Of a stretch of DNA of 64,000 nt, positions 54,501 through 64,000 are shown piece by piece (the first letter of the stretch is position 1; the number at the start of each line of letters is the position of its first letter). The DNA comes from Balanoglossus misakiensis (taxonomy: Eukaryota; Animalia; Hemichordata), in NCBI GenBank assembly GCA_040954595.2, contig CM082596.2:4023025-4087024 (forward strand), read 5' to 3'. Position numbers and translations under genes: made by a program. The notes beneath the pieces were generated by a model, which was not told the origin of the DNA, made no database searches, and worked only from the letters and a program-made list of their open reading frames with translations.

Positions 54501-57500
54501 AAGCATCATCAGAATCTTCTTCGTAAATCAAACAACTCCTCTCCTGGAATTCCTCGGGTGTGCATTTCATGGACTTGGCCTTATCTCTTAGTGTGTGGAT
54601 CGTACGACCCTGGGAGAAACCGATTCCTGTGAGTTGTCACGAAAGAGGGCCAATCAGGACAAAGAATCAGACGAGGAATATTAGTACATGTAATGGATAT
54701 GTGTAAAGGGGACAGGTTTGAATGGCTTCCTCTAATAGAGGTCCCAAATTTACGCTTTGCAAAACAAGAGAAAAGAACTTTACGAAAACAACCAAAAGAC
54801 TCAAAAACCAAACCAACATCTCGATGTGCGAATCACAGATTTGTACGTCATCAATTGCATATAAATAATGCTAATTAATATATCTGAAGTAAGAGCGATG
54901 TGGTATTATTTGGCCATACCTGGTATAGTACAAGGTGGGGCGCCTGCGAGATTGTATTTGACGTCACTTCCGCTGTCGTCTCTTTTGTAGATCCTGTACT
55001 TACACTCTGCCAGTGGACACCAGTCAACGCACATGGTGATTTCTTCGTAAATTTCTTCCCGCTGTTGCTTCTCCCATTCCTTCCTCTGCCTTCTTGTCAT
55101 GACGCTTGTCACTTGGAACACATTGTCAATGTCTGTATCCAGTCCGGCATCAGCCGGCCGCATGTTAAATCTGTACTGGATTTCTCCTCGTATGCTGTGG
55201 AATGAAAAATAGTTCTACCTTTGTAGTTGTCATATTAAAGTCAATCATTTTTTTCCACTTTTTTTATGTTCCAAACAATCAGAATGACCGAATATCACGT
55301 TAGCTTATGAACTCCTATTTCTTAAACATAGCAAAAATCAGCCATCTTGAAATAGTGTCGACCATGTGAGATTTTTATCACTCACCTAGGTAGCAAACCC
55401 TATTGAAGGTAGGGAGAAATCCCGGGACTTTCTAGGGCAGCACAAATCTCAAAGAGCTCATATCGTACCTCTAATTAATCACAGAAGCATTGAATGACTT
55501 ACCTGTACTTATTCAACTTGCCGATTCGAATAGCTCTGTAACTATTCTTGGTGTCAAACATTTCTTCATCCTCATCGTCACCACCGTTGTCCTTATTCTC
55601 CTCCTTCAAAAGTGCCGAAATCTCGGCGAAGGGGATCTTCTCGGTATCTGTGATCACCTGAATTGCGTGGTCATTTTGTACGGAATCCGGCTGCACCTTC
55701 ATATCGCTGACTGTAAACGAGTACATCAAAGAAAGCTCGTGACTGTTTTGTATTTCTTGCCTCCACGGAAAGCCGAAGACGCTCACTTCGATGTCGACAG
55801 AACCTATCAGTGGTTGCCACAGCAACCAGGCGTAGTTGTCTTTGTATTCGTCGCAATGGAATGCAAAACACTTCACGTCTGCAGTGGCGTCTGTTTCTAT
55901 ATCCATAGCTTCCTCATGTCTCGCAGCCAAAGCTTGCTCCAATCCGAAAAGTGGGGTCTCAAACCCAGAAGTACTTGCTTTGGCTGTGGACAAAACAGAA
56001 CACAATTACTAACGATTATTACAATGATGGGGATCTCAGTCAGTTTGTCTGTTATTCATCATCAGTCAGTTTGGTTACATACATGTGCATCCTTTTAGAA
56101 TAGATGGCCCTAAACTCTTTGCAAAATCAAAATCTGTCAGTCTACATTACGGCCGCACTTACGAGAAGGAGGTGATTCAATAACGACTATCTTTTGGATT
56201 TCATCACCAGGTTCAGTATCACTGTCTGCGTCACTGTCGTATCCACTGCTCATCTTCATTCTCGATCGTTTGCCTATTCCCCGTTTCACCCGACTGTTGT
56301 AGACCTTCTCCGTGACTTCGTCCTGCGTGGTGTCGAAGCAGTTGGCTTCCATGTAAAGGTCGGCCGAAATGAGGGTCTTCCACAAGGCGCCACTTCTGAA
56401 GCACACAATCCCACCGCTTATCCCGCCGTACATATCAAGTTCTGGGGCGTTCCCCGAGGAGAGAAATTTCTGCAACATGTAATCCGCGCTGCCTTCGGGT
56501 GTTATACGGTACAGCTTCGAGGCTGGTCCAGTAGCCAGAACGTCGTCTCTGGTGTCGATGTAACTGGACGGGTAGAGAACTCCTCGGTTGGCATCGTCGG
56601 TGCGATTTATCATCGTGTTTGACAGATCGCCGACACAAACCAAATCTTCATCAGTCACAGTTCCGACGACAGCAAAAATGTTGAGGAAATTTCTGACAGG
56701 GGGTAGCAGGGACTTCTGCAAACGGGGACCTGTGTCATGAATATCGAGGCATACATCCCCGACCATCGCTTTGTTCCTGCTGAGGAGGTTGAATGTGCTG
56801 GAACCGCCGATTGACAACTATTTGCAAATATAAGATAGAGAACAGGAGACATTAGCTTTGAAAAAAACTGCTGTTCTTTAGATACTTGGAGGAGAGACAA
56901 AACGTTGAAGCAACCAGTCTGTCTGTATGTCTGCATTATCAATTTGAGTTTTTGTTTCAAGTGAAATAATTGCATTACTGTCATTTGAAGCATAACAACT
57001 TATCTCATATTTTACTTACCTCACTAGACCTCAGACAATTTTCGTATGTTTGATCTCCCGGAAGTGACTGGAGACATCGTTTGTAATTATCAAAGACGGT
57101 TGTCAAGTAAATTTGCCCATGTGTGTCGTTACTTCGCTTCAAAAAATCCGAGAAACCCTCCAAAGTTTCACCGCCGATGTGTTGAAGGAAGGTAAACGGG
57201 TTGAGCTGGCCCAAAAACTGAGATATTGTACCCCAGTCTGATTCCGAGTGGAGGGTGACGCAGAGGTACGTCAGAGGCTGATCACCAGGGCTGTTGAACC
57301 ATCCCCACGTCTCGGGGTCATCCAGCTTTTGGCCATTTGCACTCGGTGGAAAGAAGGGGTCACTGTGGACGAGCCAGAAACCGTTGCCGCTCTCAGGATC
57401 AAATGCCACGAATCCGTTAGAGACTGGGATGTGACCACGAATCGGAAAAGTGTCGATTAACCGGTTGAGTTCGTTGCTGTAGCCAAAATACGATACTGAG

Positions 57501-58525
57501 TTGACTCCGTCGAGCTTTGACGTCAGGGCGGAAAAGGTAGTTGTCAGTGGGGATCTGTCCCTGTCAGGCCTTCCGAGCGAGTCGTCCTGGCGGGATTCCG
57601 AGTCGAAGTAACGGAATTCAGTGAAGTCGGCTGGCTTGTACATCAGCCACCAGTCGACGGACACCGATTGGTCACCAAGGGCTTTACATCCTATCGCTGG
57701 AAAGGACAAAATATAATTCATGTGAGACGGAATATTAAAGTCATAAACTTTTCCTCAGATTTTGTTCAAGGAATCTTTGGAATATTCTCTCTCAACATTG
57801 GGAATAAAAAAATGGGCTCACCTTGCAAAATTTTGAACGACAGAGCAAAATTGTCTTAAATTTGGAATTCAAAATTGCTGCCAATCCCAAACTTTAACTT
57901 GATGGGGTAAAGTAAAAGAAGTGTTTTTAACGCACCCCGGCATATGTAGTGAATTTCCAGGTACTTGACAGCTCCGTAGCAGGGATCACCGAAAAGACTG
58001 TTCGAGGCTTGAATACTGCACGTCTCTTGATCGTCACACAGAGCGGACACAATGATGAGACTGAGCGGCGCTTTGCAGTCATTGACGGAGGATTCCGGGC
58101 CGCAGATGCCGTTCTCTGTTCGGCCGTAGTTTGCCGACAGAACCTTGATCTTGCCACCGGGGCATGTCAGCGTCACAGTTTCGTGTTCGCATTCACGAGC
58201 AAGCAACCCTAAAATGAAAGGAATGAGTCATATATATACCATGGAATATTGAAATCTGACCAATCCCGTTTTCAGTGTGTGGCCACGCAAAAAGTGCGAC
58301 ACACCCTAATGACCACACATGGAGAGGTGATTTTATTACTGTAACACGTTCTCCCCTATTTCCCTATACTGGGGTCCGACTTCACCGTGGAAAACACTAC
58401 GTTTGGACCAAACCATGCTGGTGAAAGGGTTAAATGAATACTTTGACAAATTACTAACCTTCAGCAGATCCCGCTGACCAGAGAACAGAGAGCAAGAACA
58501 GGCACAGCGAAAGAGACAGCTTCAT
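51290..58525 (-). CDS. Secreted multidomain nuclease precursor, paralog A (about 1338 aa): signal peptide + SUEL lectin + DNase II-like domain + unknown domain + DNA/RNA non-specific endonuclease + Lys/Ala-rich tail
   Basis: Exons 58525-58459 (MKLSLSLCLFLLSVLWSAGSAE), 58208-57936, 57696-57020, 56817-56163, 55983-55503, 55194-54920, 54626-54438, 54063-53941, 53703-53520, 53157-53048, 52830-52681, 52284-51987, 51824-51290 sum to 4017 nt in frame. Most exons match paralog B exon by exon (e.g. 123-nt YRFCQSNIIN exon in both). Nuclease motif WDRGHLNP...NAAAQLGVFNRKSWREME. Confidence 0.82.
57936..58208 (-). other. SUEL / rhamnose-galactose-binding lectin domain exon of paralog A
   Basis: CEHETVTLTCPGGKIKVLSANYGR...C...C...CSIQASNSLFGDPCYGAVKYLEIHYIC carries the canonical ANYGR and FGDPC..KYL motifs with 8 Cys. 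Confidence 0.92.
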
Positions 58526-60912
58526 TGTGACGTCATCTGCAATATATGAGTACTGATCAATAAATATGAATACTGATTGACATTATGACGTGTCGAGCCA
58601 ATACTAGTAGCAACTAACTTATCCTTCAAGCGTATATTCTTTTGTAACAGTGAAAAATGTGAAGTCCAGTTTAGAGATTGTTACAATCCGTTCCCTGTGG
58701 CGGTAAGCAGTTTCTCTGCGAAACCAATCATTCACGTTTTGGGGTGGAGTAATTTTCTCTAGATTTTGAGTAGTAGCAGATACGAGATTTTTCACTATCC
58801 GTAAAATGAAAGATTTTTAAACGTATGAATTTGACATAACTTCCCTTATTTGTGGACACCTGACTGTGTTCACATCTAAGGTTGTCCGCTTTTCTACAAT
58901 TCCTATCGATATCAATACTGCTAACATCACAACACAGCAACAGAGTTTGGTACCAGTAGAAGAAGTTTAAAACTGACATTTAACTTGCTTATGGTGTTGT
59001 AGAACAACTCACCTACTGCAGTTTCACGGACCTCGCCATGCAGAAAGCAAACCACTCGGGCACGCGCACACAAGTCGTCTTCGCTCGATGGTTGCAAGTG
59101 ATCCAATGTGCGGGTTCTCCAGCGTCTATATCATATCTGACCCTTTTTAGGTAGTCTGGAAATCTGACGTGGTTTGTTTATGGACAAGGCACGATCTTGT
59201 TTACCGTTTATTCCGCCCTATATCAACAAACTCCGTCGACGTGAAATCCTACCCGTCAGGAAAGGTCGCCAGCGGTCGACAACCTCCATGCAGCCGACGA
59301 TGCCTGCATCAAGTACAAGTTTATCAAAGTCTTTTAAGATGGTCATATGAATTATACCATGGGGAGTGATTTTTGAGAGCAATACAATCATTGAAACTTC
59401 CAACCAATCACCACTCAGGGAAATCCGACCATATGGCCTTGATATGGTTTACATGATACACTTTTACTAGTAGTCAACCCCAATCATAAAAATATTTGTA
59501 TCTACCCCTACTCAAAAAACACCCACTGCTGTACTTTGGTTCACATTACATGTAAATGTATGAATATCTTGTAATTTTATATGCCTTACCGTACGTTTGA
59601 AACCCATCTGTCATTTGTGTAAATGTTAGTGTCACATTTAAAGCTTACTACTGGAAGTAGTGTCATCGGAGTTCATAGTTATTCGATCACAAAGAGGCAA
59701 AAGTCCCGATTCGAATTCGACCAGGATGAACGTTTTGGTCGGCCAGATGAAGTTTGTTTACTATAAACGGCACGCTCGTTATTCTTCTAGGTACAAACAT
59801 TAGACAGTTGAATTATTGCCTTCAGACTTGTTTACGGTACTAGTCACTCAGATGTCTTCGTCCGCGGCTCATCAGATAAACATATATGTAGGTCCCAAAG
59901 ACCTTTTGCAGTCGGCCACTTAACCCAGTATACAAAAATGTGCTTTATACGAAAGGAACGGAGTTGTTACCGATGGCGTCTCTTGACCCATGCACGCAAA
60001 TAACATACAAATCACTACTTTCTCCATAGACTTGATAACACAGAGATTGGCGGCTATTTTGAATTTCAAATTTGAGTTCACAATTTTTCACGATGACTCA
60101 AACTTTGCAGTTACAATTTAATCGTTAAAATACTTCAATTTTCTCCTTATCCTAAGTTGACAGATACTTTTTTTTACTTTGTTGAGCCCCAATTCTGCTA
60201 CAGAATGATTATTCGGGGAAACGTAGTGACCATGGCCTTTACTCTCAAGATATCAGCATCCCAGAACTTGACCTTTTTTCATTCTCATCCAAATTGATTT
60301 AATCATTCGCATCTTTTGTCTGGCACCTGGGTGAGGTAAATAGTATTAACATAACAAGTATCTGTGAAGCTTTAGTCTTTGCACTGCCATTATTCTGGTG
60401 AATGCAGAAACAGTTTTACGTAAGTACTTATAGTATACAAAGAGAGTGATTTACAATGAAGATTAACCACCACCCCATCAGGGCACAAAAGAAGTTGGTC
60501 AGTAGAACTCGACCGTGTCCAAACACATTCACCATTAAACTTTTTACACATTATTCGTGCCAGTTAATAGCGGTCTACAGTTGTATGCGCGCGGACTTCT
60601 ATGGAGGAATTGAGTACTTACATAGATTCCTCATATTCCGTGGAATATCTATGCATCGAAAAATACCTTATGCCAAAAATTAATAAAACAGGGAAATAAT
60701 AATATGCATTTTTATTTCCCGTATGCTTAACTTTTGTCTTCGAAATTGATTGTAGGAGATTGAATTGTTCTCGAAGACAAAGGGGACTGCCTGCCTTGTC
60801 CCCCGAAACCATGCACATGCTAATACCTTTGACTAGCACCGCAACCAGTGCATACATTACGCCGTTCAACCAATGATGTGTTTCTATCGAACCACAACGC
60901 GAATTGCTTACC

Positions 60913-60920
60913 TTTAAATA
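60913..60920 (+). promoter_or_regulatory. Candidate TATA-like box of SLC34 gene
   Basis: TTTAAATA about 80 bp upstream of the putative ATG at 61000. Confidence 0.3.
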
Positions 60921-60999
60921 CCTGCACCTTGTACACAGCGTGATATCGGGTCAACTGCCGGCGCGGTAATTTGCCGGAACCTGCAGCTCAAGAGCTGAG

Positions 61000-63900
61000 A
61001 TGGATGATCGTTCGTCAACGACATCAGCTGGAAGAAGCGATCTAAACAAGGTGGGTGAATTGCCCTTCGTTTTGACACGTCCATGGTTGGATTTAGTACG
61101 TGCGATGTGCGGAGCTACCTTCACCTCACGCTAATAAATATCTTCCATAAGATGCTGCAAGCTTCCTGTATTTTACTAAAATTGCTATTTCCCAAAGCTG
61201 TAATTGACTGAAATTCCGTTTTCAAAGCTGCAAATTGCATTTTCCCGATTTTATTTTAACGCATAAGGATTCAAGACTTTTTATTTTTATCATGACCCAT
61301 TTCAACGGGCACTCTCACTTTCACGTCTGTGGGGTTAGCGTGTACAGCATGCGATGATCATGTGCTCACCACAGCCCCGGCTATTCATTGAACTGTAAAG
61401 ACTTACGTCACCTATACAGTCACGCTCAGGCTGCCGTGATATCCCACCACATGTATATTCAATGCTTTGAGGCTGTATGCATTAAAAACAGTGGAACATT
61501 GTCAGTCACGCACAGGCTCAACACACAACATAAAACTATTTTAAGCATGTTGATTAACAATGCCAGGAATATCACACCACTTGTTGTGGATGACTGAAAT
61601 GGTTTATCGACCGATGTCGTCTGCTGTACGCTTTATAGCAGATGACACAGAGACAGTTTGCACACGTAGACAAAGCGTTGGGGTTGAACCAGTAAGCCAA
61701 TATATTTGCTTACCAAAATACGCAAGAACCACCAAGGTCTTCAATAATTTTACAATTTTAGTTGGACTTAAAGCTACATACTACTTTCAATTTCCCCCAG
61801 ACGTTTGACAATACCAGCGTACAAACGGATGCAAGCTTCAGCATTGACGTCGGCACGGATTTCGAGCAGGACACCGCACTGGACAATGCAGGGTACACGA
61901 ACGGTGTAAACGGAACGCCGGCGGGGACCAAACCAGGTCTCGATTCGTCGAATATCTACACCCCAACCCAGAATGGAAATGGACATGCCGGCCCAGTTAG
62001 GGATGCCAACGTGAATGTTGAGGAGACTGAGAAGAAGGAAGAAGAAGTAGATCCCTGGGCGCTCCCGGAGTTGAAGGAAACGGAGACTCCATGGTCAGGT
62101 AAAATGTATACTGATTCTTCGGGGGAGAGGTGACTGTTATTACCCAGTGTGTCAACTGATGAGGTCAAATATGGGATAATAGTTATGCAAGCGTCATCTG
62201 TATACACATGTGTACTTACGGTCACACATATGGTACATATAAATATATCACAGATGTAATATTTTAATCTTCTATTAACAAATAATATAGTGACATCATG
62301 AGTATGTACGGTGTGTATAATTAATTTTGGCTAATCTTCTCTTTTCTTTCCCTTCTGATTCATAGAACTTGACACGAATGGCAAATGTAAGCGAGTCCTC
62401 TTGAATGGAATCGTCAGACCCGTTTTGCTTCTGGGACTGCTGTACCTTTTCATCTGTTCCCTGGATTTCCTCAGTTCGGCTTTTCGTCTCCTCGGAGGCA
62501 AGACTGCGGGAGAAGTCATCGGAAGCAGTATCGTAGCAACGAATCCAGTCTGTGGGGTCATGGTCGGTATCCTAGCAACTGTGCTGGTTCAGAGCTCGAG
62601 TACAACGACCTCTATCGTGGTTTCCATGGTAGCATCCGAGAGTAAGTTTTTTTCGTTAAAGGGACAAAGTCTCTCTCTCGCTGCCCTTTTTCCATTAATT
62701 ATGTTTGATACAAGACACTGTTTATGTTATTTTACATGTGGATATATAGTGAATTCCTTGTTCTGTTATTTTATCGTAGTCTTGGAGGTTGGACCGGCCA
62801 TCCCTATGATAATGGGCGCCAACATCGGCACATCGGTGACCAACACCATCGTGGCAGTCTTCCATCTTCGGGACAGGGGCGAGTTCCGGCGGGCTTTCGC
62901 GGGCGCCACCGTGCACGACATGTTCAACTGGCTGGCCGTGCTCGTCCTCCTGCCGCTGGAGCTGGTCTCCGGGTGCCTCTACCGACTGACGGACGCCATC
63001 ATCAAGAGCATGCACTTGGAGACCAACGAAGAGGCCGACGTGGAACTTCTGAAGGTCATCACGAAGCCGTTCACTGAACTGGTCATACAGGTACTAAGAC
63101 AAAAGGAAGCAATTCCTCCGTTAGTTTTTGGAATGCAAGATTGCTGTTTGATCTTTTTTCCGGGTCATCCATACTGTAATTACTGTCCATGGTTCCTATT
63201 AGGATTAAGGGGGCATTAAATTAGTTCTTCGGAGTTTATACTGACAAGTGTTTAATTGTACTGTCTGCAGATAGACAAGGGTGTCATCAAAGACATCGCT
63301 CAAGGGGACGAAGGGGCAGAAAGACAGAGTTTGGTCAAAAAGTGGTGTGACGGCAAAGAGATCGATGTCCTGAGAAACGTCACGGACGTGGTCAACGTGA
63401 CAAAAATAGTTGATGGCGAATCTGTGATCGATCAAGAAGAGGTCACCAACCTGGTCATGGAGAAGGGGTACGAGGATGTCAGATGTGAGTGGCCGTTTTT
63501 GTATTCCATATCGTTTGGCAGTCTGCCGACAATAGCATTTAAAGCATCGTCCGCCTGTCCGGGTCGTTGGCTGACCACAGTCTCTTGATGGCGACGATGC
63601 ATATATAGGGAAAACTAATCTGTCTCTTTTTATACAATTTCAGGCAATTTTCTCTTCAGCAATACAGGTCTCAGTGACGCTGCATTAGGCGCCATCGTCC
63701 TCATATTAGCGCTAGTCATTCTCTGTGTCTGTTTGGTGTTGATTGTCAAGATCCTGCACTCGCTACTGAAGGGACAAATCGCGGTCTTGACCAAGAAGGT
63801 GATCAACTCCGACTTCCCGGGGCGGCTGTCGTGGTTGACCGGGTACTTCGCCATCTTGGTCGGCGCCGGCCTCACCATGCTGGTTCAGAGCAGCTCCATC

Positions 63901-64000
63901 TTCACGTCGGCTCTGACGCCCCTGGTCGGCATCGGCGTCATCAAGATCGAGCGGATGTATCCCTTCACCCTGGGGGCGAACGTCGGTACCACGTTCACGG
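61000..64000 (+). CDS. SLC34A2: Type II sodium-dependent phosphate cotransporter (SLC34/NaPi-II), 5' part
   Basis: Exons 61000-61050 (tentative), 61801-62098, 62366-62641, 62780-63090, 63271-63484, 63644 to beyond 64000. Motifs [65 protein letters not shown], and a second [10 protein letters not shown] repeat. Paralog assignment is approximate. Confidence 0.93.

Overview
Eukaryotic (invertebrate animal, probably deuterostome; inference) genomic DNA with GT-AG introns. Seven head-to-tail minus-strand genes are present: the first coding exon of a CD63-like tetraspanin, CCDC14, cyclin Y, a FADS2-like front-end desaturase, a Pegasus/Ikaros-type C2H2 zinc-finger gene, and two tandem paralogs. They are followed by a plus-strand SLC34 Na/Pi cotransporter that runs off the window. 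The two paralogs (58525-51290, about 1338 aa; 48785-34247, about 1213 aa; 13 exons each, assembled by hand with consistent phases) encode an unusual secreted polyprotein: signal peptide - [SUEL rhamnose/galactose lectin, one copy only] - DNase II-like domain lacking both HxK catalytic motifs - furin site - unrecognised Cys-containing domain - furin site - His-Me finger (ENDOD1/NucA-like) nuclease with intact active site - basic tail (histone-H1-like or NLS-like). This resembles an AB-type nuclease toxin or defence effector. One intron of the second copy holds an 8-kb array of about 14.5 units of 555 bp, each with an 85-bp palindrome, and the array shows higher-order structure.
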